A stretch of 64,000 nt of DNA from Candidatus Latescibacterota bacterium (GTDB lineage: Bacteria; Latescibacterota; CBDEFO01), in the NCBI GenBank assembly GCA_965248755.1, contig OZ252149.1, positions 32,001 through 96,000 of the forward strand. Reading direction: 5' to 3'. The notes below the pieces were generated by a model. That model was not told the origin of the DNA and did no database searches. It was given only the letters and a program-made list of their open reading frames with translations. The translations under genes and the position numbers were made by a program. Below, piece by piece: positions 39,350-49,467 of the stretch. Numbering within the stretch: position 1 is the stretch's first letter; each line of letters starts with the position of its first letter.

Positions 39350-39440
39350 CTTTGAAAAATCTCCTTTTTTACGGTAAATTACCGGAAGCGCAAGCGAATC
39401 TGTCTCTAAAGTTTTCCCATCGACCGAGAGATTCCCAGCT

Positions 39441-39494
39441 TTTGACAAGGCCTTCTCCTTGTGAAAGTTTGACAGGGCCATCTCCTTGTGAAAG
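39441..39494. repeat. 27-bp tandem duplication, each copy with TTGACA
   Basis: TTTGACAAGGCCTTCTCCTTGTGAAAG then TTTGACAGGGCCATCTCCTTGTGAAAG in a divergent intergenic region. Confidence 0.75.
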
Positions 39495-39683
39495 ATCGTT
39501 AGCTTGGATAATATAATAGGGATACTTTCTCCTGTCAAGGGGAAATAGAGACGTAGCGTCAAATTTAACTTGACTTTCCACCTACAGAAGGTTATGTTTT
39601 CTTCCCAAAAGATAACGGAAAGTGGAGTACAGCCGATAGTTTGCAAGGGATAACCTGCAGGATCACAAAATAGGAAGATAGAG

Positions 39684-40250
39684 ATGAACGTCCACGATGC
39701 TATTAAGACTCGCCGGACAATTTACAACTTTAAGCCCGACCCGGTACTGCTCAAGGATATAGAGCGCATCTTAAGCGGGTCTGTCTGGGCTCCCAACCAC
39801 AAATTGACCGAACCTTGGCGCTTTGCAGTTGTGACAGGTAAGACTAAAGAGAGGTTAGCCGAGATCAACCGCAGTCTCCAGATGGATTCGTTCAGCGATG
39901 TTGATCCGGAGGACAGGGCAAAACTCGCAGATAAAGCCTTCAAGAAAGTCATGTCCAAGCCGACGATCATCGTCGTCTCCTGCTGTCAGGAGGGCGACGA
40001 ACAGCGGAAAAGAGAGGATTACGCTGCCACCTGCTGTGCGATACAAAACATAATGCTTGGCGCCTGGGAGATGGAGATTGGAATGCAGTGGAGCACTGGC
40101 AAACTGACCCGAAGTGAGGAGACTTACAAGCTCTTGAGCACAGACTCAGCAAAAGAGTACATCGTCGGCTTCCTGTACACAGGCTATCCATCTGAAATTC
40201 ACAAACAAAAGCGTAAGCCTCTGTCTGATGTCACGTCCTGGTGGGACTGA
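39684..40250 (+). CDS. Nitroreductase family protein (YdjA-like)
   Basis: AIKTRRTI, WAPNHKLTEPWRF, CAIQNIMLGA, GFLYTGYP. Confidence 0.92.
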   Translation: MNVHDAIKTRRTIYNFKPDPVLLKDIERILSGSVWAPNHKLTEPWRFAVVTGKTKERLAEINRSLQMDSFSDVDPEDRAKLADKAFKKVMSKPTIIVVSCCQEGDEQRKREDYAATCCAIQNIMLGAWEMEIGMQWSTGKLTRSEETYKLLSTDSAKEYIVGFLYTGYPSEIHKQKRKPLSDVTSWWD

Positions 40251-40338
40251 AGCTTCACATATCTTGAACAACAGCGTGTATATAAGTGCATAAGAAAAGG
40301 ATGGAAAACGGGCTGAGCTTGCTCTCTCTCGACACAGA

Positions 40339-40821
40339 TCACACAAATGTCTTCAAAATTTCCTGTTGGATGCCTTGTAGTTCCGAGTAGGCATCATCGA
40401 TCTCGCTGATCTTCTCTTGAAGCTGCTTTATCAACCTCTGCTTTTCGAGTCCATTTCGGATGATGATCCAAAGGTCTTCGTTCTCCCAGGGTTTCTCGAT
40501 GTACTGAAAGAGTCCAACCTCGTTAATCGCCTTAATGGCGTTCTCTTTATCTGCGTACCCGGTAAGAATAATTCGAGGTACCTCGGGTTTGATTTCTCTT
40601 ACGCGGGCCAGAAAGGTGATCCCGTCCATTTCGGGCATTAGATAGTCCGAAATGACAAGGCCGACTTCGTTGTTCTTAAAGTACTCCAAGGCCTCTTTTG
40701 GCAAAGTGAAAGTGACGACATTATAGTTCGTCTCCAGATCCAAAAAAGAGCTGATACTTGTCAACACCATTTCTTCATCATCGACAATTATAACGGTTTC
40801 TTTTTCTTTTAAGTTTGTCAT
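40339..40821 (-). CDS. Response regulator receiver with coiled-coil tail
   Basis: IVDDE, ISDYLMPEMDG, ILTGY, YIEKPW. Confidence 0.93.
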   Translation of the reverse strand: MTNLKEKETVIIVDDEEMVLTSISSFLDLETNYNVVTFTLPKEALEYFKNNEVGLVISDYLMPEMDGITFLARVREIKPEVPRIILTGYADKENAIKAINEVGLFQYIEKPWENEDLWIIIRNGLEKQRLIKQLQEKISEIDDAYSELQGIQQEILKTFV

Positions 40822-40893
40822 AGGTCTCTCCTATTTATGAATCATCATGTCATCAGATTGTTGTGGACTCCTTGCTATGTGATAAAACATCTC

Positions 40894-43734
40894 TCATCGA
40901 ACCGGCAGAAGTATTCGGAATACTGTGCCTACCCCGACTTGGCTTTCTACCTCTATCTCCCCCCTGTGGTCCTCAATGATCTGATACACAATCGAGAGAC
41001 CCAGCCCAGTCCCAATGCCGAACCCTTTCGTCGTGAATCCGGGATCGAAGATCCGTTCTAGATCCTCTTTGGGGATACCTATTCCGCTGTCCCGAATCTC
41101 TATCACAACGGCACCATCACGAAGGTGGGTCTTGATGAAAATCTCCCCTACCCCTTCGATGGCATGGCTTGCATTCACCAGGAGGTTCATAAAGACCTGG
41201 TTGAGCTGATTGGGGTAACATTTGATAGGCGGGATATCTTCGTAGTCTCTGTGGACTTCGATGCGATTTTTGATTTCGTGGTGAACGAGCGTCAGGGTAT
41301 TTTCAAGTCCCTCGTGGATGTCCACCTCATCCAATTCAGCCTCGTCGAGGCGGGCGAATTTCCGCAGGCTGATAACGATCGCCACGATGCGCTCGGCCGC
41401 TGTTCTGTTGACAGCATTAAGCTTCTCAATGCTTTCGAAGAGTCTGGTCAACTCCGGGTGCTCACGAACTTCTGCCGGAATTTTCGGATCGGACAAAATG
41501 CCCTTCACCTTTGCAAAAGAGCGGATAAAGATGTCGTTGTTGCTCTTAAGTGCCCCAAGGGGTGTGTTGATTTCGTGAGCTACTCCCGCCACCAGATTTC
41601 CCAATGTCGCCATCTTTTCAGTCTGAACCAATTGGGCCTGTTTTTCCCGCAGCTCCCGGGTGCGCTCTTGGACTTTTTGTTCCAATTCTTCGTATGCCCT
41701 CTGAAGCTCTTCCTCTGCCCGCTTGCGCTCCAGCGCATTCACGAATATTGCTCCCACTATCTTAAGTAGTGTGATAATGTCCTCTTCCCACTCTTTTTCT
41801 GCACGTAGCGAACAGAACCCCAGCATTCCAACAAGAGACTTACCATAGACCATAGGAACGGTGACGACCGACTTAACATCTTGCGACTGTAAACGTTCTT
41901 TTTCAGCGCTCGCCTCGTCAGGAAGATCTGCAACTCGAGGGATATAAATGTTCTCGAACCGGTCGAGTTTCTCCATAAGCCACGGGAAGTCACAACAGCG
42001 CATTCCCTTTTGGTTTTCTATTTCCGACTCGATTCCCTCGGTACACCACTCGTGTATATTGTCCAACCTAGTTTGGTCGTGGGACAACAGAGAGATATAA
42101 CTAAGATCGACACCCGCAAACTCTCCAATTTCTTGCATCGCCTGCTTTATCCCACTGTCGATCTCGTCTGATGCGAGGTTGATAAATCTTGTCGATATGG
42201 TGGTGATGAGATCTTCGAATTCAATTCGATGCTGTAGTGTTTCCTCTGCCTGCTTGCGCTCGGTAACATCACGAAAGCTCAACACCCTTCCAACACTTTT
42301 TCCTCCTATCTGCTGAGGCAGGGAATAGCGCTCGAAGATTCTCCCATCTTTAAATTCCAGCACATCGTAGCTCTCTGCATCCGGATGGGCGTACAATTCC
42401 ATTACTTTTTTGAGAAAGCCTTCAGGGTCTTTTAATTGATCGAGGACAAACTCCAGCGCTTGGTCGTCATCCTGCGACTCTACGATTGACTCGGGGATGT
42501 GCCATATCTCTACAAACTTCTGATTAAAGCTCGTCATCTTCCCCTCAGTATCCACTACGAGAATACCGTCGGCAGTTGCGTCGAACGTCGCACGGAGCAG
42601 CGAAAGAGATCTCTCAAGTTCCTCCTCGACCCGTTTGCGCTCGGTGATGTCGCGTCCATATGCATTGATGTAGTCAGTGTCTATCACTGGTGTGAGCAGA
42701 ACCGATAATATCTGGTCTCCGAGCTTGATCTCAATCTCTTTACTCAGTTTGGAGTCGTAAATATCCATAATTAGTTGCTTCCAGTCATCGGGCACAGACT
42801 GACCGGTTTCACAACCCCATTCATTCAATAAAGGCTGGCTGGCGGCGTTGGCATATAGAATGGTGCCATCTTTTGCGGTACGTAGCACGGGATTAGAGTT
42901 TTCAGAGGGGAATTTTGCCAAATCTTCAAGACTTCGGCTGTGTTCCTCTAACATCTTCTTCACCCGCTTGCGCTCTGTGATATCACGCACTGCTGCTGTA
43001 AAAAGAAGACGTTCACCGATCTTTGTTTCTGCAATGCGAATTTCTAAAGGAAACGTTGTCCCATCCTTTTTGAGCCCTTCAAGTTCCAAGCGTTGCCCCA
43101 ATACTTTTTGAACTCCAGTCTTCAAATATCGTTTCATACCAGCAGAATGGAGCCCCCGATATTTCTCTGGCATCAGGTTGTGCATTTTATTGCCGATAAG
43201 TTCTTCCTGCTGGTAGCCCCAGATGTTCTGAACCTCTTGGTTGACCATAACAATAGTGCTGTTTGAATCAATACTGATGATTCCCTCACCAACTGTATCC
43301 AGTACGGCACGAAACTGTGTTTGCGAATTAATTTGCTCCTCCGTCCGTTTGCGGTCGGTCACATCGCGGCAGATCCGTTGGATAACCCTCTTATCGCCAT
43401 AGGTGATCACACTGGCGCTCACATCGATAACTATCAGGGCTCCATCTTTCTTTTGGAAATGGAGGTCATTGTAGATGACACTTCCGGTATTTGCGACCTG
43501 TTTAAAGAGCCACTTTACCGTCTCCTTTTCCTCCGATGGATGGAGATCCCACACCTTCATCCCGACCAGTTCCTTTTGGACATAGCCTGTCATCTGTTCG
43601 GATTTCGGATTGGCCTCAAGGATTTCGCCATTTTCCGTGTCGATGGCAAATATTGCGTCGTTGGCCCGCTCGTACATCTTGCGATATTTCTCCTCGGACT
43701 CCAGCAGGCGCTTTATCTCTTCGTTGTCAGTCAT
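40894..43734 (-). CDS. Multi-PAS / GAF cytoplasmic histidine kinase
   Basis: Four PAS/PAC units ending RDVT/RDIT, a GAF domain, [33 protein letters not shown] 43734 with AAGGAG. Confidence 0.93.
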   Translation of the reverse strand: MTDNEEIKRLLESEEKYRKMYERANDAIFAIDTENGEILEANPKSEQMTGYVQKELVGMKVWDLHPSEEKETVKWLFKQVANTGSVIYNDLHFQKKDGALIVIDVSASVITYGDKRVIQRICRDVTDRKRTEEQINSQTQFRAVLDTVGEGIISIDSNSTIVMVNQEVQNIWGYQQEELIGNKMHNLMPEKYRGLHSAGMKRYLKTGVQKVLGQRLELEGLKKDGTTFPLEIRIAETKIGERLLFTAAVRDITERKRVKKMLEEHSRSLEDLAKFPSENSNPVLRTAKDGTILYANAASQPLLNEWGCETGQSVPDDWKQLIMDIYDSKLSKEIEIKLGDQILSVLLTPVIDTDYINAYGRDITERKRVEEELERSLSLLRATFDATADGILVVDTEGKMTSFNQKFVEIWHIPESIVESQDDDQALEFVLDQLKDPEGFLKKVMELYAHPDAESYDVLEFKDGRIFERYSLPQQIGGKSVGRVLSFRDVTERKQAEETLQHRIEFEDLITTISTRFINLASDEIDSGIKQAMQEIGEFAGVDLSYISLLSHDQTRLDNIHEWCTEGIESEIENQKGMRCCDFPWLMEKLDRFENIYIPRVADLPDEASAEKERLQSQDVKSVVTVPMVYGKSLVGMLGFCSLRAEKEWEEDIITLLKIVGAIFVNALERKRAEEELQRAYEELEQKVQERTRELREKQAQLVQTEKMATLGNLVAGVAHEINTPLGALKSNNDIFIRSFAKVKGILSDPKIPAEVREHPELTRLFESIEKLNAVNRTAAERIVAIVISLRKFARLDEAELDEVDIHEGLENTLTLVHHEIKNRIEVHRDYEDIPPIKCYPNQLNQVFMNLLVNASHAIEGVGEIFIKTHLRDGAVVIEIRDSGIGIPKEDLERIFDPGFTTKGFGIGTGLGLSIVYQIIEDHRGEIEVESQVGVGTVFRILLPVR

Positions 43735-43768
43735 AGGCACTCTCTCCTTTGAAGCGGCAAGCCATATC

Positions 43769-44218
43769 TTATGTCTCACCACCATCGGTCGGTTCCACAC
43801 CAACCCGCCCAATTAAGCTGCGCAACCGCTTCGCAAGAGCCTTAAGGACTTCCTGTGTGATTTGCACGTGATCAGAGAGAAGATCGATAAAATCCTCCCG
43901 ATCGATTCGGAGAAGCTTCGTGTCTTCCAAAGTGGTCGCTGCAGCAACTCGGGGTTCGTCATCGAACAGAGACCAGGTTCCGAAGGCCTCCTTTGGCCCT
44001 GCAACGGTGATCTCCGCGCCGTCGCGATGGAGACGCACGCGCCCCTCTAAGACCAGATATAACGCATCCGACGGGTCCTGCTCTTTGTATATGGTCTCCC
44101 CTCTCGGGAGCGAAACCTCCTCCACAATAGCCGCAAGGTAGGCCAATTGTTCCGTGGAGACATCAGAAAAGACATCCACATTCTGTAGAAATATGAACTT
44201 TTCTATGACCGGAAGCAT
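43769..44218 (-). CDS. Stand-alone cyclic-nucleotide-binding domain protein
   Basis: IEKFIFLQNVDVF, IYKEQD..ALYLVLEG, FGTWSLFDDEPRVA. Confidence 0.9.
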   Translation of the reverse strand: MLPVIEKFIFLQNVDVFSDVSTEQLAYLAAIVEEVSLPRGETIYKEQDPSDALYLVLEGRVRLHRDGAEITVAGPKEAFGTWSLFDDEPRVAAATTLEDTKLLRIDREDFIDLLSDHVQITQEVLKALAKRLRSLIGRVGVEPTDGGET

Positions 44219-44299
44219 AGCAGAAATTCCCTTACAATATCTAATCCATTCTGTTGCTCATTTACTTCGGGTCTACTGAAAGTACCACGAAAATTAATT

Positions 44300-46519
44300 T
44301 TAGATCTCTTCATCCAAATCCATCGGCAACATTACAGTAAATGTTGAACCCTCACCTACCCTGCTTTCTACTTTGATTTCCCCTTTGTGATCCTGAATAA
44401 TTTGGTAACAAATCGACAAACCTAAACCTGTCCCAACTCTCACACCCTTTGTCGTAAATCCAGGATCAAACACTTTTTCAAGATTTTCCTCAGGGATGCC
44501 AACTCCGTTATCTTGAATGGCCACGTGCACTTTGTGATCTTTTTGAAATGTGGTGATGGTGATCTCTCCCGTATCCTCTATGGCCTGCTTAGCATTGACC
44601 AAAATATTAAGAACAACCTGATTCAATCTGCGCGGATAGCAGACAACCGGAGGAATCTCGCCAAAAGTTTTTATCACTTTGATGCGGTTCTTTAAATCAT
44701 GATAGATTAAAGTCAAAGTGTCCTCTATCCCCTCGTGGATGTCCACTTCCTTCAACTCAGCTTCGTCCAATCTGGCAAAGCTCCGCAGGCTCTTGACAAT
44801 GTTCGTCACGCGATCAGAACCGGTTGTGATCACCTGGTTGGCGTCTGCAATGACCTTCAGCGCCGCGTTAAATTCACGGTTATCTTGACACTCTTTCGGG
44901 AATTGCGTTTCAAGGGTGGTCTTCAGTTTTTCCAAAGCGCGCATTGAGGTATCGTGCATGCTCTTTATGGCTCCGACGGGCGTATTGATCTCGTGGGCAA
45001 CGCCTGCTACCAGATCGCCCAATGCCGCCATCTTTTCAGACTGCACCAACTGGGATTGAGTTTCACGCAAATCTAGATTGGCATCTTCTAACTCACTTAA
45101 AACTTTTTGCAACTTGCGGGCCTCTTCAAGCTCTTGGGTTTTGCGGGCATTATCAGCCTCTACAATCTTTCGCGCCATTTCCTCTTCTTTGGCCAGGCGT
45201 TCCTGCTCTATCGTCTTGGCGGACAGCTCCTTAACCTGCATGAGCTGTGCCTCGAGGTCTTTGTTCGTTCGGGCAAAGCTGCGAGCTAAATACACGGACA
45301 TCGAAATAAGAAAGCAGAGAGTCCCATAAACATAGATTTCGTCAGATATAGCCTTTAAGACCTCGAGTTCTATCAGAATCTGGTAGGTGCAAGCAAAGAT
45401 AAAAGCCACGCCTCCAATGCCAATAATCCACGCACCGTCTTTTTTCTTTAGGACGGCCACGAAGATCACTCGGAGCATTTCCACAAAAGTTACCAGAGCA
45501 AACAGGTATATATAGAGAATAGGGGCATACCAGGACCAGCCCCCCAGAACTATTCCGCCTGCGAGCAAAACCCAGAACGGCCTGGGCAACTTGGGGTAAA
45601 AAAGTTTGTATAAAAATCGGACCCCAGAAACGCATGTAAGTAATACTGCCACCTTGAACAGCCAAAAATTAAATAAAAGCTGTCCTGAGTCTCTTAAAAA
45701 TATACCTTCGTAGCCTGTGAACGTCAAGGCCGTAATACTGGCCGTAAAGGCAGCGTAGTAGAGATTTTCTCTTGATCGAGGGTAGAACAGAAAGAGCAGA
45801 AGATGCAGCAATGTAAAGGCGAGGGGAACGCCCGAAAAAAACATCTGATAGGCTGCTAATCTCCTGACCCATAATCCACTGAGTTCTAAACTGTTCTCCA
45901 ATTCTCCTAAACCAATGGAAAAGCCCGCAGGATCGTAGACCGTCTTGTTGAAAGTTTCGGCACGGAAGTTTGAGTAGCGCACAGCTATAACGTGTTCGGC
46001 GCTCCGCGGGCGCTCTGACGGGGAGGTGGAAGGCCGCGACAGTGGTCTGCCGTCAAACGAAATGAGTTTCGGGGGGTCTAGCACCCCAAGAGAGTGATGG
46101 CCTTCTTCTTCCGCTTTTGAAGTTCCGACCTTACCGAAGGTATATATCAGCTTGCCGTCCAAGTAGATTTCAGCCGCACCTGTCTGATGATAAATCAGGG
46201 CTAATGGTCTATTCCACAGTGTAGAGTCAACTGCAACGTGCAGTCTGAACCAGCCAATTCCTTTCCAGCCGCCTTTCGGAAGTTTGTCCGACTTAAGCCG
46301 TGTGTCTACAGTTTCCCATAAACTGTCATCAAACTCCGGGTCGGCCCAGGCAGAATTATCGCCTGCGTGATATTTCCAGTTTCTAAAGAACTCGATTACG
46401 CGGTCCTCGTCCTTCAGGCTGTCCGCCGAAAGAACGATTCTCCCATCAACCTGAGCAGATGCCGGTGAAGTAGGCAGAAAGTACAAGCCCACAAGAACAA
46501 ACAACAGAATCTTTCTCAT
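44300..46519 (-). CDS. Membrane histidine kinase with periplasmic sugar-binding-like domain and 7TM-DISM-like region
   Basis: Signal peptide, WKYHAGDNSAWADPEFDDSLW, GIGWFRLH, about seven TM helices, [20 protein letters not shown]. Confidence 0.88.
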   Translation of the reverse strand: MRKILLFVLVGLYFLPTSPASAQVDGRIVLSADSLKDEDRVIEFFRNWKYHAGDNSAWADPEFDDSLWETVDTRLKSDKLPKGGWKGIGWFRLHVAVDSTLWNRPLALIYHQTGAAEIYLDGKLIYTFGKVGTSKAEEEGHHSLGVLDPPKLISFDGRPLSRPSTSPSERPRSAEHVIAVRYSNFRAETFNKTVYDPAGFSIGLGELENSLELSGLWVRRLAAYQMFFSGVPLAFTLLHLLLFLFYPRSRENLYYAAFTASITALTFTGYEGIFLRDSGQLLFNFWLFKVAVLLTCVSGVRFLYKLFYPKLPRPFWVLLAGGIVLGGWSWYAPILYIYLFALVTFVEMLRVIFVAVLKKKDGAWIIGIGGVAFIFACTYQILIELEVLKAISDEIYVYGTLCFLISMSVYLARSFARTNKDLEAQLMQVKELSAKTIEQERLAKEEEMARKIVEADNARKTQELEEARKLQKVLSELEDANLDLRETQSQLVQSEKMAALGDLVAGVAHEINTPVGAIKSMHDTSMRALEKLKTTLETQFPKECQDNREFNAALKVIADANQVITTGSDRVTNIVKSLRSFARLDEAELKEVDIHEGIEDTLTLIYHDLKNRIKVIKTFGEIPPVVCYPRRLNQVVLNILVNAKQAIEDTGEITITTFQKDHKVHVAIQDNGVGIPEENLEKVFDPGFTTKGVRVGTGLGLSICYQIIQDHKGEIKVESRVGEGSTFTVMLPMDLDEEI

Positions 46520-46567
46520 AGTAGTTCTTCTATAAGTTTAAAATTCATCAATTCTTATACCTTGATG

Positions 46568-49348
46568 CTATCCATTGTTCAGCACCATATTTGCAGTTTC
46601 ACGAACCACAGGGTCCAGGTCGTTTTGAGCTTCCTCGGCCAATCTCATCAGTGTTGGGGAATCTGTCCCCACAACGTTATAAATCGCACAGGCCCTCAAC
46701 CAGGCATCGCGGCCACGAATCAGATGTACCAAGGCCTCTTCTTTGCTTTTTATCCGCTCTCTAAACAGCTCCTGTCCCTTTTGAATGGTGATTTCAAGAG
46801 AGACTTGGTCCAGGAAGGGAAAGAGATATTTCTTTATATCCTTGTTCAGCACAGTATCCAAGAACTCGATTGCGCTGGCATGCACCGCCTGTTTGCTGCT
46901 TACGATCCCCTGATAGGCGCTGTACATGTCTTTTGGCGGATAGCGCAGTCCTAATAGTCGGAAGATTCGCTCTAAACTCTGCTCCTGCTTTTCGATGAGA
47001 ACCTGCTTCAGGAGTTTGGAAGCGGTGCCATCTTGAGTCTCTCCCCGATTGCTTCCATCGGGGATCACATCCTGGATCTGTAGGATCTCGTAATAGGATT
47101 TTGTCTCTTGGATCAACGTGGCATCGACCTTACTTTGATCGAACCTCAACTGTTGGTATCTGGCGCGCAGTTTATTCAACGCCTTGATCAGGTGATATTT
47201 GAGAGTGGGATCTGCACTTTTCATGCCTTCTATAAGGATATCGACAGACTTTTGGGCTGGTATTTCGCTCAACACACGGGCGATGTTGCCCCGGAGTGAT
47301 ACCGATACATCCACGGTCTCGTCCCTGAGATAATCGTTCAAGGTGTCCAGAATTCGAGATCCAAATGCAGCCAAAGCCATGCGAGCATCGGCGCGGTATC
47401 GCTTATCGGAAAGTTTTTCTATCAACAACGCTACGAACTCCTGATCTCTTGTGCGGCCTGAACTTTCGATGGCCTGTCTGACAACTCTCGGAGATGGATC
47501 TTCCATCAGCTTGAAAAGATACCTTCGGAAGCTGGGATTGTCCAGACGCCCCAATGCTTTTGCCATCTGCTCCCGCCCCAATTCTCCCTCTTTTCCCTTA
47601 CGGTCCAGAAACGATTGGATTACCTTCTCATCGATCAGATGTCTTTCCTCGGATAAACCGTACTCTGCGATGCAGCCGATCGCCGCCGCTTGTATCTTGA
47701 GATCCGGGTCTTCCAGATAGCCCTTGATCCGGTCTATGTGGTTTCCTTTGGGATGCCGGCATAGGAAGAGCATAGTCTCAAGACGCACCTGTTGATCATC
47801 ATCTTTCAGAAGCTCCTCAATTTTGGACTCAAGGACCCCGTCTCCCTGGGTCCCGAGCACTCGAACAGCCTGCCTACGCACTTCGGAAGATCTATGTTTC
47901 AAAAGACGTTGTACCGGCTCTAATAGTCCCGCATCTTTCACGGATGTTAGGAGATCAAGTGCATAGACCACCTGCCGTTCATTGGTACTTGCAAGGGCAG
48001 CTATAAGGGCGTTGACCGTGGACGCCTCCGAGATGTCCATTCTGAGTTCATCCAGATCGATTTCGCGTCCCTCCAGAGCCTTCCGGAAGGCGTTCACATA
48101 TTCCTTGCGGACGAGTATACAAAAGAGAATCCACACAATCAAAAGGGCTATAACAAGGATACTGATTTGCCTTATGGAGAATCCAAAAACAACGGTAAAA
48201 AGCAGCAAAAGTGCGCCGGCAATACCACGTGACCACCGTTCCACAAACACATCAATGAAGATTTTGGTACGCTTCTTAATCTCCATAGGTACCGGGAGGG
48301 ACAACAGTTCAAAGCCTGTTTTGTTAATAGAATATCCTAAGCTTCGGTCAACCCCACGCAGAAAGATGCCCGCCCACAAGCCCGGCGCTATGAGCATCCC
48401 TACGGAACCGAATAACAGGCCGATGGGAAGAAACATAATGGTGCCCCCCACACCCAGAACTCTCAGGAACCGGTAGGTAAAGAGCGATTGAAACAGCAAA
48501 GCGACCAGACTCAGGCGGCCGTAAAATTTCCCCAAGAACGACGTAAGATCTTCTTTTGCGGGAAACTCCTCGGCAGAGATCGTTTTGAATTGGAAATCGA
48601 CAAAGGAAGCGGTCATCACCATCAAAGAGATGATTCCCACGAGAAGCATCAACTGCCGGGAGCGACGAATTGTCCTGAACATTTGGCCGAGCGTCTCCTT
48701 GCCTTGCTCTCTGATTTTGACAGGGTCGGGCTGTTCCTGGCTCTCCTTCTGTCCGATCGTCCAAATGATGTTTAAGAGAAAGATGCAGATTGTCAAGAAT
48801 CCTATGCATAAAAAGAGTAAATTCTCCGTTGACATTCCGAAGACGCGCACAACCAGGCTGGTTACCTCTCCTCCTGTGAAGGCCCCGAAGATCCCCCCCA
48901 GATTCAAAAGTACAAAGAGTCGTTTGGCCTGAGCCGGGTTAAACACTGTGTTGGCAAGGAGCCAGAACTGGGAGGTGATCGTTATGCCGTAAATGGCCAC
49001 CCAAATATAGAAGACGTAGTATACCCAGGAGTAGTCCAGTTGAATCAACCATCGCAGGATCAAGAGGCTGGCGATGAGAACAGCAGTAGTGGCATTCATC
49101 AGTTGTGTAAGCTTCAAAAAACGGGTCAATCTGACGTAGACCGTGATCATCGGAAGAGCGACCAAGGCAATGAGAATAAAGACGATAGGAAGCTGTTCCG
49201 GACCGATCCGCACCAAGAATAGACCGTCTCTTGCCGGTTTAAGCAAATAGTAGGCCACCAGCACCAAGTAGTAGTAGATAAACATCAAAAAGGTAAGTGT
49301 AAACTCTCCTTTTCGTATGTCCACTATTGAACCTAAAATGCGCTTCAT
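46568..49348 (-). CDS. NTT/TLC (Npt1-like) nucleotide transporter fused to HEAT repeats
   Basis: YYLLKPARDGLFL, QFWLLANTVF..QAKRLF, VDFQFK, KIFIDVFVER; then HEAT repeats (VRRQAV, VRLET, DPVVRETA); ATG at 49348. Confidence 0.88.
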   Translation of the reverse strand: MKRILGSIVDIRKGEFTLTFLMFIYYYLVLVAYYLLKPARDGLFLVRIGPEQLPIVFILIALVALPMITVYVRLTRFLKLTQLMNATTAVLIASLLILRWLIQLDYSWVYYVFYIWVAIYGITITSQFWLLANTVFNPAQAKRLFVLLNLGGIFGAFTGGEVTSLVVRVFGMSTENLLFLCIGFLTICIFLLNIIWTIGQKESQEQPDPVKIREQGKETLGQMFRTIRRSRQLMLLVGIISLMVMTASFVDFQFKTISAEEFPAKEDLTSFLGKFYGRLSLVALLFQSLFTYRFLRVLGVGGTIMFLPIGLLFGSVGMLIAPGLWAGIFLRGVDRSLGYSINKTGFELLSLPVPMEIKKRTKIFIDVFVERWSRGIAGALLLLFTVVFGFSIRQISILVIALLIVWILFCILVRKEYVNAFRKALEGREIDLDELRMDISEASTVNALIAALASTNERQVVYALDLLTSVKDAGLLEPVQRLLKHRSSEVRRQAVRVLGTQGDGVLESKIEELLKDDDQQVRLETMLFLCRHPKGNHIDRIKGYLEDPDLKIQAAAIGCIAEYGLSEERHLIDEKVIQSFLDRKGKEGELGREQMAKALGRLDNPSFRRYLFKLMEDPSPRVVRQAIESSGRTRDQEFVALLIEKLSDKRYRADARMALAAFGSRILDTLNDYLRDETVDVSVSLRGNIARVLSEIPAQKSVDILIEGMKSADPTLKYHLIKALNKLRARYQQLRFDQSKVDATLIQETKSYYEILQIQDVIPDGSNRGETQDGTASKLLKQVLIEKQEQSLERIFRLLGLRYPPKDMYSAYQGIVSSKQAVHASAIEFLDTVLNKDIKKYLFPFLDQVSLEITIQKGQELFRERIKSKEEALVHLIRGRDAWLRACAIYNVVGTDSPTLMRLAEEAQNDLDPVVRETANMVLNNG

Positions 49349-49374
49349 CTTGTGCCCTTTGGCCGTAGACAGCA

Positions 49375-49452
49375 GTAGGGGCGAACCCACGTGTTCGCCC
49401 GATTTATCCGTATTTTCAGGGCAGAACATAGGTCTGCCCCTGCAGTGTTCGC
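49375..49452. repeat. GTAG-type REP doublet
   Basis: GTAGGGGCGAAC-ccacgt-GTTCGCCC plus inverted AGGGCAGA-acatagg-TCTGCCCCTGC between the two NTT genes. Confidence 0.85.
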
Positions 49453-49467
49453 CCTCGGATAAAACCT

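Noticed and set aside
39350..39646. 99-aa N-terminal extension of the PPIase ORF
   Set aside because: It spans promoter-like DNA; the RBS and signal peptide support ATG 39349.
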